Part shown: one piece after another, positions 28,147 through 38,083 of the stretch
Position numbering within the stretch: the first letter of the stretch is position 1
Layout: each line of letters starts with the position of its first letter
Assembly (NCBI GenBank): GCA_963819535.1
Contig: CAWFWL010000003.1
Location: 116,636 to 180,635 of the forward strand
Source of the DNA: an uncultured Actinomycetes bacterium
GTDB lineage: Bacteria; Actinomycetota; Thermoleophilia; Gaiellales; Gaiellaceae
Length of the DNA stretch: 64,000 bases
Direction: 5' to 3'
The notes under the pieces: model-generated
Databases searched by the model: none
Told to the model about the DNA's origin: nothing
The model's input: only the letters and a program-made list of their open reading frames with translations
Made by a program: the position numbers and the translations under genes

Positions 28147-29043
28147 ATGCGCCATCTCGTCGCGCTCGACGCGGTCGCCCGCGAAGGGTCGTTCCGGCGC
28201 GCCGCGACGCGGCTCGGGTACGTGCAGTCGGCGATCTCCCACCAGATCGCGGCGCTCGAGGGCCTGATCGGGAAGCGTCTGATCGACCGTTCGCGCGGCA
28301 CGCGGCCGCTCGCGCTCACCCCGGCCGGCGAAATTCTGCTCGCGCACGCCGACGCACTGATCGCGCGGGTGCGCGCGGCGCAGGCCGACCTGGCCGCGCT
28401 CGACGGCGAAGGCGCGGCGGCGCTGCGCGTCGGCGCCACACCGGATCTGCTCGCGCGGCTCGTCCCGTCGTTGCTTCGCGCCTACGGCGCGCCGGTGACG
28501 CTGCACGAGACGTCGGGCACGCGCACGCTCCTCGCGGCGCTGATCAGAGGCGAGCTCGACCTCGCGCTGGCCGAGACGCCGCTCCCGAAAGGGCCGCTCG
28601 ACGCGGTGCCGCTCTGCGCCGACTCGTTCGTCGCCGTGCTGCAGGCCGGCGCGCCGCTCGCCGGCCGCCGGCGCCCCGTCACCTGCGACGATCTGGCGCG
28701 CCTGCCGCTGATCGCGCACGCGCCGACCCGGGAACACGTCGAGGAACAGCTGCGCGTCCACGGCGTCGAGCCGCGGTTCGTGCTCGAGGCGGCAACCGGG
28801 GCGGCGGTCCAGGGGCTCGTGGCGGCCGGCCTGGGGGCGGCAGTACTGCCGCGCCTCGCGGTCGACGAGCGACGCCTCGAGACCGCGGTGCTGGAACTGG
28901 CGCCGGGCGTCGTCGCGAACCGCACCGTCGCCGTCGTCTGGTCGCGCATGCAGCCGCCGCGCGCCGACGCGTCGGCGTTCGTGGAGGCCGCCCGCTCCGC
29001 GGCGGCCGGCGAGATGGTGCGCGAGCCGCTGCTCGCGGGCTGA
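28147..29043 (+). CDS. LysR-family transcriptional regulator
   Basis: 'MRHLVALDAVAREGSFRRAATRLGYVQSAISHQIAALE' is the LysR HTH. ATG 28147 lies in the frame of track ORF 28066. Confidence 0.9.
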   Translation: MRHLVALDAVAREGSFRRAATRLGYVQSAISHQIAALEGLIGKRLIDRSRGTRPLALTPAGEILLAHADALIARVRAAQADLAALDGEGAAALRVGATPDLLARLVPSLLRAYGAPVTLHETSGTRTLLAALIRGELDLALAETPLPKGPLDAVPLCADSFVAVLQAGAPLAGRRRPVTCDDLARLPLIAHAPTREHVEEQLRVHGVEPRFVLEAATGAAVQGLVAAGLGAAVLPRLAVDERRLETAVLELAPGVVANRTVAVVWSRMQPPRADASAFVEAARSAAAGEMVREPLLAG

Positions 29044-29148
29044 GCGCCGCGGGCGCCAAGAGTCACACATCCGCGACGAAATCGGCACAGACACGTAGCG
29101 CTTTCCTGCCTACCGTTGCGTTCACAGGCAACGAAAGGAGGACAGCAC

Positions 29149-29586
29149 ATGCGGAGATTCCTGCTCGGCCTCGCTGCCGCCGCGGCGCTCGCCGTACCGG
29201 CGGCCGCGGCCGCACAGGTGGCGCCGCCGCAGACGAACGTGATCTGCGGCACCGCCTGCGACGGCGGCGGCAGCGGCTGGACCGGGTGCACGTCGGTCAC
29301 CGGCAACGACCAAGGCGGCGTTCCCGGGATCGCGTACTGGCACCACTACGTCGTGGTCGACTACTGCAAGGTGAGAGGGCTGATCACGAAGCTCTCGATC
29401 AGCGCCCACGGTTGTGACACGAGCGGCTTCGCGTTCTGCAACGTCGGGCCGGCGTGGATCACGTCGGGAGGCGTCGGCGCCGGCTGGGCGTACATCGAAG
29501 GGCACGCCTACTACGGCACGACCGTCAACCGGCTGACCGGGCTCAGCTACACGAGCATCGCCAACGTCTGGATCTGGATGGGGTGA
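29149..29586 (+). CDS. secreted Cys-containing hypothetical protein (145 aa)
   Basis: AAAGGAGG 8 nt upstream, the signal peptide 'MRRFLLGLAAAAALAVPAAAAAQ' and 7 Cys in the mature part. I recognise no family. Confidence 0.55.
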   Translation: MRRFLLGLAAAAALAVPAAAAAQVAPPQTNVICGTACDGGGSGWTGCTSVTGNDQGGVPGIAYWHHYVVVDYCKVRGLITKLSISAHGCDTSGFAFCNVGPAWITSGGVGAGWAYIEGHAYYGTTVNRLTGLSYTSIANVWIWMG

Positions 29587-29690
29587 TGCCGCCGCGGTGG
29601 GTCGTCTACATCGTCCTCGCGTGGTTGCTCGTGAGCGTCGTGTTGACACTCGTGGTCACGCAGTTCCGGCACCACGGGATGACACCGTGA
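29586..29690 (+). CDS. 34-aa single-TM peptide, translationally coupled (hypothetical)
   Basis: Its ATG overlaps the preceding TGA (TGATG). It translates MPPRWVVYIVLAWLLVSVVLTLVVTQFRHHGMTP. Confidence 0.35.
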   Translation: MPPRWVVYIVLAWLLVSVVLTLVVTQFRHHGMTP

Positions 29691-29754
29691 GGAACGAACC
29701 CTGGCGAATTCTCGGCGGCCGTGGCGCTTCGCCCCACGACCGTCGGGGCTCGCT

Positions 29755-31908
29755 CTACTCCGTTGCCGGCGCGGCGCGCGGCTCGGCCAGGAGCAGGCGC
29801 GCGACCGGACGCGGGAACACCCAGTTCCAGCGACCGAGCAGCTGCATCAGCGACGGAACCAGCAATGCCCGGATCACGGTCGCGTCGAAGATCACCCCGG
29901 CCGAGAGCCCGATCCCGAACTGCTTGATGTCCGTGCCGGGGCCGGTCGAGAGCACGAAGAACGCCAGGCAGAGCACGAGCGCGGCGCTCGTCACGAGCTT
30001 GCCGGTGCGCGACAGCCCGTACGCGATCGCCTGCGACGTGTCGCCGGTCTCGTCGTATGCCTCGCGGATCCGCGTCAGCATGAAGACCTCGTAGTCCATC
30101 GAGAGGCCGTACAGGAACGCGAAGATCATCAGCGGGATCCACGGGATGATCGAGTTCGTCGCCGGGACGTTCCAGATCGCCTGCGCGCCGTGCCCCCACT
30201 GGAAGATGAAGACGACGATCCCGTACGCCGCCCCGAGCGAGACGAGGTTCAGGATCACAGCCTTCAGCGGGAGCACGAGCGACCGGAACGCGCGTGCGAG
30301 CAGCAGGTAGGTGAGCAGCACGACGAACATCAGCACGTACGGGAAGTTGCCGTAGACGGCGTGGACGAAGTCCTGGTCCTCGGCGGCGACCCCGCCGAGC
30401 GTGAGCGTCAGGCCGGTGTCGGCGCCGACCGCGGGGAGGACGTCCTTCTGCAGGGCCGAGATCGTGTGCTTGGTGGCGCTGGACGAGCCGTCGTCGGAGG
30501 GGAACGCCTCGACGATCGCCGTGCCGCCTTTCCGCCATGCCTTCGGGGCTACGGCCCCCACGACGCCCGGCGTCGCCTCGAGCCGCTGGACGACGGTGTC
30601 GAGCTTCGCCTGGGTCGCCCCACGCTCGACGAGCACCTCGAACGGCTTGTAGATGCCGGCCGAGAGCCCGGCGTCGTGCACGGCGGACCTGCCTTGGATC
30701 GCCGCGCCCCCGCCCGGCAGGTCCTTCGCGAGCGCCTCGCTCGCGTGCAGCTGGAGGCCCGGTACGAGCAGCGCGGCGACGATCACGATCCCGATCGCGG
30801 CCGTCAGCACCGCCCGCCGGCGCACGAGGCCCGCCCACCAGCCCCAGAACCCGCTCGCATCGTCGCTTCCCTCGACCAGACGCTTCGGCATCACCCGCAC
30901 GCGGTTGATGCGCGGCCCGAGCAGCGACAGCATCGCCGGCAGCAGCGTGATCGAGGCGAGCACCGAGACAGCGGGAATCAGCATCCCGCCGATCCCGATC
31001 GAGCGGATGAACGGCAGTGGCAGCAGCACCATGCTGACCAGGCCGACGGCGACGGTCGAGCCCGAGACGATCACCGACCGGCCTGCGTGCTGCATCGTCT
31101 GCGCGATCGCCTCTTCGGTGGACTCACCATGCCGGAGCTCCTCGCGGAAGCGGAAGATGATCAGCAGCGCGTAGTCGATCGAAACGCCGAGCCCGACCAG
31201 CGCGATCAGGAACTGCACGATGATCGAGACGTCGGTGACGTACGTCAGCAGCCAGACGAGCGTGAACGTGTTGAGGATCGACGCGATCGCCGTCAGCAGC
31301 GGCATCGCGATCGCCGGGAGCGTCCCGAACACGAACAGCAAGATGATCAGCGCGCCGAGACCGCCGAGCAGCGTCTCGCCCAGCACGGATGGGCCGCTGT
31401 TGTCGCCCTTCGAGGCCGCGAGCTGGATCGCGTCGCGGCCGGTCACGTACGCCTTCACGCCCTGCGGCGCGGCTGCGCTCAGCGCGCGCTGCGTGTCGGT
31501 GACGCCCGAGTCGGAGCTGAAGCCGGGCTGCCCGGGTCGGAAGATCTCGGCGAACGTCGTGTGCCCGTCCTTGGAGACGTAGACGTCGCTGCCGGTCGAG
31601 AAGTACGAGCTGACGCGGGCCCCCGGATTGGCATGGGCCGCCGCGGCGACCGCCTGCCGGACGCCTGGGGTCGAAACCACCTTGCCGCTGCCCGTGATCG
31701 CCACGACGAGTGGTGCGTTCTCGCCCGAGCCGAACGTCTTCATGGTCCGCTGGTTGGCTTCGTACGCCGAGTAGCCGGGGATCGAGAACGACTCGAACCA
31801 GCGCTTCGAGACCTGCCCGGCGGAGAACGCGCCGAACGCCGTCAGGACGATCCAGATCCCGATCACCAGCCAGCTACGGCGGTGGACGAAACGTGCCAGC
31901 GAGCGCAT
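29755..31908 (-). CDS. MMPL-family (RND superfamily) transporter
   Basis: 717 aa, with two 6-TM bundles separated by large extracytoplasmic loops. It shows MMPL-type conserved blocks ('DYALLIIFRFREEL', 'MDYEVFMLTRIRE'). Confidence 0.9.
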   Translation of the reverse strand: MRSLARFVHRRSWLVIGIWIVLTAFGAFSAGQVSKRWFESFSIPGYSAYEANQRTMKTFGSGENAPLVVAITGSGKVVSTPGVRQAVAAAAHANPGARVSSYFSTGSDVYVSKDGHTTFAEIFRPGQPGFSSDSGVTDTQRALSAAAPQGVKAYVTGRDAIQLAASKGDNSGPSVLGETLLGGLGALIILLFVFGTLPAIAMPLLTAIASILNTFTLVWLLTYVTDVSIIVQFLIALVGLGVSIDYALLIIFRFREELRHGESTEEAIAQTMQHAGRSVIVSGSTVAVGLVSMVLLPLPFIRSIGIGGMLIPAVSVLASITLLPAMLSLLGPRINRVRVMPKRLVEGSDDASGFWGWWAGLVRRRAVLTAAIGIVIVAALLVPGLQLHASEALAKDLPGGGAAIQGRSAVHDAGLSAGIYKPFEVLVERGATQAKLDTVVQRLEATPGVVGAVAPKAWRKGGTAIVEAFPSDDGSSSATKHTISALQKDVLPAVGADTGLTLTLGGVAAEDQDFVHAVYGNFPYVLMFVVLLTYLLLARAFRSLVLPLKAVILNLVSLGAAYGIVVFIFQWGHGAQAIWNVPATNSIIPWIPLMIFAFLYGLSMDYEVFMLTRIREAYDETGDTSQAIAYGLSRTGKLVTSAALVLCLAFFVLSTGPGTDIKQFGIGLSAGVIFDATVIRALLVPSLMQLLGRWNWVFPRPVARLLLAEPRAAPATE

Positions 31909-31982
31909 TCGGTGACTCTAGCCGCGTGCCGCAGGGCGGCAATCGGTGAACCGACCGCCCAGACGTTTCGTACACTTCTGCG

Positions 31983-32228
31983 ATGTCCCGTGGTGCCTGG
32001 GAACTGGTCTTCATGATGCTGATCCTGAAGATCCCGCTCGTCTACCTGGGTCTCGTCGTGTGGTACGCGATCCGGGCCGAGCCCGAGCCCGGCGTCGACC
32101 CGCACGAATATTCGGCGTGGCGTCCGTGGCGGCGCGTCGACGGGCCGCGGCCGCGGCGCGGCGGCCCGCACGGGACGCGCGACACGGTGCGCGAGCGGCC
32201 CGACCGTCGCGATAGAGTCACGCCGTGA
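31983..32228 (+). CDS. hypothetical small membrane protein
   Basis: One TM helix ('LVFMMLILKIPLVYLGLVVWYAI') and a basic tail. It is divergent from the MMPL gene. Confidence 0.35.
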   Translation: MSRGAWELVFMMLILKIPLVYLGLVVWYAIRAEPEPGVDPHEYSAWRPWRRVDGPRPRRGGPHGTRDTVRERPDRRDRVTP

Positions 32229-32485
32229 GCTCGACGACACGCGACGGGTGGCGCCCGGCCGAATCGGTCGCAGGGATTCTCGCCGCGGCCGCTCTCTTCC
32301 TCGGCTTCCTCGAGCTCGCCTACCGGCCGTTCCGGCTCGCACCGGCGGCCGTCATCCTGCTGCTCGTCGCGACCGTGATGAGCGAGCGGCAGCAGCGGCT
32401 GATCGGGATCGCGTTCGCGGTCGTCGGCGTTTGCTTCGTGGCCGGCGCGGCGCTGCAGGTGCTGACGAGGCACCCGCTCTTCTAG
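32225..32485 (+). CDS. hypothetical 3-TM membrane protein
   Basis: Its GTG overlaps the preceding stop. The sequence is hydrophobic throughout. Confidence 0.35.
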   Translation: MSSTTRDGWRPAESVAGILAAAALFLGFLELAYRPFRLAPAAVILLLVATVMSERQQRLIGIAFAVVGVCFVAGAALQVLTRHPLF

Positions 32486-32532
32486 CGTTCCGGCGGGCAG
32501 GGGTTCCCGAACGCCCCTGGTACAACACAGGG

Positions 32533-35362
32533 ATGAGCGCGCATGACGTCGACGGCCTGAATGCCGGCTACGCGCGTGCCCTGCTCGACGAGTACCTGGA
32601 GAACCCCGAGGCGGTGCCGTCGGAGTGGCGCGCGCTCTTCGAGAGCGGCGACTCGGAGCTCGTCGCGAGCCACCCGGGGATCGCGCGGCTGCTCGAGAAG
32701 CTTCCCCGCGCGATCGGCGGCGGCAACGGGCACGAGACGGCCGCGCCGCCGGTTCCCCTCGCTCCGCCGCCCGAGGTCGACCCGCAGCTGCTCGGCGGCG
32801 TGGCCGCTGCGATGGCGCTCGTCAAGGCGCATCGCACCCACGGCCATCTCGCGGCGCGGCTCGATCCGCTCGGCTCGGAGCCGGTCGGCGATCCGTCGCT
32901 CGAACCGCTCAGGTTGGAGCCGAAACTGACCCCGGAGCTCCAGGCGCGCATCCCCGCGTCGGTGTTGCGCGTCGCACGTCCCCGGCGAGACGCTCGCCGA
33001 CGTCCTGCCCGCGCTCGCCGAGACGTACTGCAGCACGATCGCCTACGAGCTCGAGCACCTGTCCGACCACCAGCAGCGCGTGTGGCTGCGCCAGGCGATC
33101 GAGTCGGGCCGCTATCGGCGAGCCGCTCGCGGCCGACGGAGAAGAAGGCGCTCTTCCGCCGCCTCTGCGAGGTGGAGGGGATGGAGCGGTTCCTGCGCAA
33201 GCGGTTCCTCGGGCCAGAAGCAGTTCTCGGTCGAAGGGCTCGACGTGATGATCCCGATGCTCGACGAGACGATCGAGCTGGCGGCGGACGCCGGCGCGCA
33301 CGACGTCGTTCTCGGGATGGCGCACCGCGGCCGGCTGAACGTGCTCGCGCACACGATCGGGATGCCCTACGAGTACATCCTCCGCGAGTTCGAGGGCGAG
33401 CGGACGATCGACGCGGTCACCGCCGACCCCGAGGGCGGCACCGGCGACGTCAAGTACCACCTCGCAGCGCACGGGCACGCGGACGACGGCGAACGGCAAG
33501 GTCGGCGTGCGCCTGGTCGCGAATCCGAGCCATCTCGAGGCGGTGAACCCCGTCGTCGAAGGGCGCGCACGCGCGCCGAGCAGACCGACCGCTCGACCCC
33601 GAACGGCGCGCACGACCCGTCCGTGGCGCTGCCGGTGCTGCTGCACGGCGACGCCGCCTTCGCCGGCCAGGGGGTCGTCGCCGAGACGCTCAACCTGCAC
33701 GGCCTCGAGGGCTACTCGACGGGCGGCACGCTGCACCTGATCACGAACAACCAGATCGGCTTCACGACCGACCCGAGCGAGGGCCGCTCGACGCGCTACT
33801 CGTCCGATCTCGCCAAGGGATTCGACGTGCCGATCGTCCACGTGAACGCCGACGACCCGGAGGCTGCGATCTCGGCCGTCCGCCTCGCGATGGCCTACCG
33901 TGAGCGCTTCGGCCAGGACGTCGTGATCGACCTCGTCGGCTACCGCCGCTTCGGTCACAACGAGCAGGACGAGGCGGCGTACACGCAGCCGCTGATGGTC
34001 GAGCAGATCAACGCCCACCCGAGCGTTCGCGAGCTCTACGAGGCGCAGCTCGTCGGTGAGGGCGTGCTCACGACGGAGGAGGCAGCACAGCTCGTCGCGG
34101 AGGTCGAGTCGATGCTGCGTACCGCGCACGAGCGTTTGACGCGCGTCACTCGTCGGGCCCGGGAAGCTCGATCACGACGGCGAGATCCCGCGCGCGACGA
34201 CAGCGGAGGTGACCACCGCCGTCGCCGCCGAGCGCCTCGTCGAGCTGAACGAGCAGCTCCTGCGCGTCCCAGGCGACTTCACCGTCCACCCGAAGCTCGC
34301 GCGCCAGCTCGAGCGGCGACGCGTCGCGATCGTCGAAGGCGGGATCGACTGGGGACAGGCGGAGTCGCTCGCGTACGCGTCGCTGCTCGTCGACGGCATC
34401 CCCGTGCGGCTTACCGGACAGGACACGCAGCGCGGCACATTCGCACAGCGTCATCTCGTCCTCCACGACGTCGCAGACGGGCGAGCCGTTCACGCCGATG
34501 CAGCATCTCGACGGCGCGACCGCCTCGTTCGAGGTGTTCAACTCACCGCTGTCGGAGTTCGCGTGCCTCGGCTTCGAGTACGGCTACTCGGCGTCGGCGC
34601 CGGAGGCGCTCGTGCTCTGGGAGGCGCAGTACGGCGACTTCGCGAACGGCGCGCAGATCGTGATCGACCAGTTCATCTCGTCGGCGCTGTCGAAATGGCG
34701 GGAGACGTCGCGCCTGACGCTCCTGCTCCCGCACGGGTACGAGGGCAACGGGCCCGAGCACTCGAGCGCCCGTCTCGAGCGCTTCCTGCAGCTCGGCGCC
34801 CAGGAGAACATCCGGGTCGTCAACTGCACGACCGCGGCGCAGTACTTCCACCTCCTGCGACGGCAGGCCCTCGGCGCGACCGCGCGCCCGCTGGTCGTCG
34901 TCACCCCGAAGGGGCTGCTTCGCCTGAAGGACGCGGCGTCCTCGCCGGCCGAGTTGGCGCACGGCGCGCTTCGAGCCGGTTCTCGACGACACGACGGTCG
35001 ACAAGAACGCCGTCTGGCGGCTCGTCCTCTGCGCGGCAAGGTCTACTTCGATCTCACCACCCACGAGGCGCACGCCGGCAGCGGTGTCGCCGTCGCCCGC
35101 GTCGAGCAGCTGTACCCGTTCCCCACCGAGGCGGCAGCCGCGCTCATCGCCTCGTACCCGAGCCTGACCGAGATCGTGTGGGCGCAGGAGGAGCCGCAGA
35201 ACATGGGGCCGTGGCGGTCGATCCGCCATCGCCTGGAAGAGGCGGCCGCGGGAACGCCCGCTCCGCTACGTCGGCCGTCCGTGGCGGGCGAGCCCGTCGG
35301 AGGGCTACCCGACAGCCCACGGCGTCGAGCAGGACCGCATCGCCCGCGCCGCGCTGACCTAG
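32533..35362 (+). pseudogene. sucA: 2-oxoglutarate dehydrogenase E1 component, interrupted by at least 11 frameshifts as written
   Basis: Colinear SucA blocks alternate between frames. They appear in track ORFs 32248, 33080, 33507, 34209 and 34498, and the gene finishes '...LRYVGRPWRASPSEGYPTAHGVEQDRIARAALT*' at 35362. Conserved motifs include 'HRGRLNVL', 'GDVKYH', 'LHGDAAFAGQGVV' and 'GYRRFGHNE'. Confidence 0.9.
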
Positions 35363-35536
35363 CTACTTCCGCTTCTTGCGCGCCGCGTGAACCTGCTTCA
35401 CCAGGCGCGGGCCGTGCGTTCGAGCCTGTGAGAGCAGCCACCGGCGCTGGCGCGGCGGCAGGCGCCGCCAGACGTCCAGGATCAGGAGCGCGGTGCCGAC
35501 CGGCCCCAGCCGGCGCGTGAGTGGGAGCCGCGGCAT
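35363..35536 (-). CDS. hypothetical 57-aa basic protein (below the track cutoff)
   Basis: My own translation is MPRLPLTRRLGPVGTALLILDVWRRLPPRQRRWLLSQARTHGPRLVKQVHAARKKRK. I recognise no family. Confidence 0.25.
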   Translation of the reverse strand: MPRLPLTRRLGPVGTALLILDVWRRLPPRQRRWLLSQARTHGPRLVKQVHAARKKRK

Positions 35537-35553
35537 CGGTCCATCATGCCCAC

Positions 35554-36204
35554 TTACTTGTCGCGGCCGCAGGCCTTGCCGGGTGGGTCGTGCTCGTCGT
35601 CGTGCCCCTGGCCGTGCTTGTGTTTGTCGTCGCCGCCGCGGCCGTTGTCGCTCTGCGGCGGGCAGCCCTTGTGCTCCTCGTGCGGCGGCTTGACCGGCGG
35701 GACCGGCGTCGGCGCCGGCTCCGTCGTGGTCGGCGGCGCCGCCGTCGGGACGGTCGCGGTCGGCGTTGTCGGTGCGGTCGTCGGCGGTGGAGCCGGAACG
35801 GGGGCCGGCGCAGGTGCCGGCGGGACGGCAGCGGGCGGGCGCGCCTCGTCGGGCGGCAGCTGCCGGCGCCGCTGCGTGACGACGGGGGCCGGTGGCTGCA
35901 CGACGGCAGGCTTCGGCTTCGGAGCGACCACCGGAGCGACCACCGGCTGGGCCGCCGGGACCACGGGGGTGACCGGCGGGGGTGCCGCAACGTGACGGTG
36001 CGGCCGTGGCGCGCGGACGTGGTGCTGCGGCTGCGGTGCCGGCACGGCCGTGATCACGATCGACGGCGCGGTGGTGTGCGGAAGGCTGAGCGGGGTCTCG
36101 GCCGTCGGCGGCGGGCCGAGCAGCCTCGACGGTGTGTCGAGCAGACCGATCCCCGTCGTGAGCGAAAGCGCGACCACCGCGCCTTGCGCCCAGGAAACCC
36201 TCAT
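35554..36204 (-). CDS. secreted or anchored proline-rich low-complexity protein with a His/Asp-rich C-terminus
   Basis: ATG 36204 sits 5 nt after GGGGGA. The signal-like N-terminus is 'MRVSWAQGAVVALSLTTGIGLL'. Competing plus-strand ORFs are Arg-rich high-GC artefacts. Confidence 0.5.
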   Translation of the reverse strand: MRVSWAQGAVVALSLTTGIGLLDTPSRLLGPPPTAETPLSLPHTTAPSIVITAVPAPQPQHHVRAPRPHRHVAAPPPVTPVVPAAQPVVAPVVAPKPKPAVVQPPAPVVTQRRRQLPPDEARPPAAVPPAPAPAPVPAPPPTTAPTTPTATVPTAAPPTTTEPAPTPVPPVKPPHEEHKGCPPQSDNGRGGDDKHKHGQGHDDEHDPPGKACGRDK

Positions 36205-36238
36205 GTCATCCCCCGATCTAGCCGACAAACAGTAGTGG

Positions 36239-38044
36239 ATGCGTGTATCGGCAGCACGAGGGCGGGGCTTGAGGGGCGTGATCTGGAGTTTCCGGTTGCG
36301 GCTCGTGCTCTGGTTCGCCCTGCTCGCGCTGGTCCCGCTCGGGATCGCCTTCTACGGCTACCACTCGCTCGCCAAGCGCAGCGAGACCCGCCGCATCGAC
36401 GGCGGGCTCGAGGCGGCGTTGCGCGGCGCGCTCGCGGGCTACGTGATCCAGCTGGATGCCGCCAGCACCCAGGCCGCACAGCTGGCCCGCGACCCCCGCC
36501 TCCAGCAGGCGCTTCGCCGCCACGACCGGGCGGCTCTCGCGGCGCTCATCCGACGGGTGCAGGGAGCGTCGGTGGTGGACGGCGACGTCGTCATCGGCAC
36601 GACCGGCTCACCCGCCGGGATTCGAACCGTGACCGTCGTCGACGGGAACCGGATCCTCGGCCGTGTCTCGGTGCGCGTCACGATCGACGCCGCCCTGCTG
36701 TCCCGGCTCGGTGCCGGGCTGGCTGCCGGAGACCGGCTCGTCGCAGTCCAGAGAGGCAAGGTCGTCGCCGGCGCGCCGGCGGGAACGCCCATCAGCTTGC
36801 AGGCCGGGTCGGCGGGCCGAGCCGGCCTCGGCGGCAGGGCGTATCGCGGCCTGGTCACGGTGCCCCTGTCGGCACCGCCCGGGCTCTCATTCGCCGCGCT
36901 CGCCCCTCAGAGCGCGATCGACGCGGGTGCCCGGAACTCGGAGAAGGGCATCGGCGTCGCGCTGCTCAGCTCGCTGATCCTGCTCGCGGCGATCACGTAC
37001 CTGCTCGGCAAGTCGGTCGTCGGCACGTTGCGCCGGTTCGCCGACGCGGCCCGGTCGATCGCCAGCGGCCGCCTCGGCGAACGCGTCGAGGTTCGTGGGC
37101 GCGACGAGTTCGCCGAGCTCGCGCTGGCGTTCAACGACATGGCCGGCCAGCTCGAACAGCAGCGCATCGACGTGCAAACCGAGCGGGCCCGCGTCCGCGA
37201 GGCGACCGAGCGGCTCGGCGAGGCGCTCGTCTCGACCCATGACCCGCGGCAGCTTCTGCGGGTGGTCGTCGAATCGGCGGTCGAGGCAACGGGCGCGGTC
37301 GGCGGGATCGTGATCGGGCGCGACGGAGAGGTGGCGCGCGCCGGCGAGCCTGAGGCCGCCGGGGAACGGATCGCGTTCCCGCTCCGGGCCGGAGCGTCCG
37401 ACTTCGGCCACCTCGTGATCGTCGCCGACTCGTTCGACCCCGGCCAGATCGAGGCTGCGCGGTCGCTCACCGTCCAGGCGGTGGTCGCGCTCGAGAACGC
37501 GCAGCTGCATCGGCTCGTCCAGCATCAGGCGCTGATCGACAGCCTCACCGGGCTTGCGAACCGCCGCAGCGCCGAGGATACGCTCCGCTTCGAGCTCGCC
37601 CGCGCGGCTCGCTTCGGCGGCGAGATCTGCCTCGTGCTCGCCGACCTCGACGACTTCAAGCAGGTCAACGACCGCCACGGCCACCCGTTCGGCGACGAGT
37701 TGCTGCGCGAGTTCGCGAACGCGTTGCGCGCGGCGGCCCGCGAGAGCGACGTTGCTGCGCGGTGGGGCGGCGAGGAGTTCGCGCTCGTGCTGCCCGGAAC
37801 GAGCGCCGAGGGCGGCATGCAGCTCGCCGAGCGCGTGCGTGAGCTGGTCGAGGCGCGGCTCGTCCAGGCGCCCGACGGCTCGAACGTCGGCATCACGGGC
37901 AGCTTCGGCGTCGCCTCGTATCCGGAGAGCGAGGAGCTCGGCGAGTTGCTCGCAGCGGCCGATTCGGCGCTCTACGCTGCCAAACGCGAGGGCAAGAACC
38001 GCGTCGTGATCTCGGCCGAGTCGAGACCGCCGCAGATTGGCTGA
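36239..38044 (+). CDS. membrane sensor diguanylate cyclase (extracytoplasmic domain-HAMP-GAF-GGDEF)
   Basis: Two TM helices flank a ~180-aa loop. HAMP ('FAELALAFNDMAGQLE') and GAF-like domains follow. The GGDEF domain has 'DSLTGLANRR' and an active-site 'GGEEF'. Confidence 0.9.
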   Translation: MRVSAARGRGLRGVIWSFRLRLVLWFALLALVPLGIAFYGYHSLAKRSETRRIDGGLEAALRGALAGYVIQLDAASTQAAQLARDPRLQQALRRHDRAALAALIRRVQGASVVDGDVVIGTTGSPAGIRTVTVVDGNRILGRVSVRVTIDAALLSRLGAGLAAGDRLVAVQRGKVVAGAPAGTPISLQAGSAGRAGLGGRAYRGLVTVPLSAPPGLSFAALAPQSAIDAGARNSEKGIGVALLSSLILLAAITYLLGKSVVGTLRRFADAARSIASGRLGERVEVRGRDEFAELALAFNDMAGQLEQQRIDVQTERARVREATERLGEALVSTHDPRQLLRVVVESAVEATGAVGGIVIGRDGEVARAGEPEAAGERIAFPLRAGASDFGHLVIVADSFDPGQIEAARSLTVQAVVALENAQLHRLVQHQALIDSLTGLANRRSAEDTLRFELARAARFGGEICLVLADLDDFKQVNDRHGHPFGDELLREFANALRAAARESDVAARWGGEEFALVLPGTSAEGGMQLAERVRELVEARLVQAPDGSNVGITGSFGVASYPESEELGELLAAADSALYAAKREGKNRVVISAESRPPQIG

Positions 38045-38083
38045 GCGGACCCGATCGTCTAAACTTCCGCGGCCGGGGGACCT

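Noticed and set aside
23594-29700. A tRNA-Ala-anchored genomic island or integrative element.
   Set aside because: I found no integrase, excisionase, transposase or direct repeat of the tRNA 3' end in the window. The accessory character of the downstream genes is suggestive but not sufficient.
32533-35362. Programmed ribosomal frameshifting or real pseudogenisation of sucA and the 55.5-64 kb genes.
   Set aside because: There are too many sites per gene and no slippery heptamers or stimulatory structures. No nonsense or radical substitutions accompany the shifts. Most shifts are repaired by shortening a G or C run, which fits homopolymer sequencing error better.
35554-36228. The proline-rich region as a tandem-repeat or contingency locus.
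   Set aside because: The repetition is compositional (PAPV-type low complexity) without a fixed DNA repeat unit that I could delineate.
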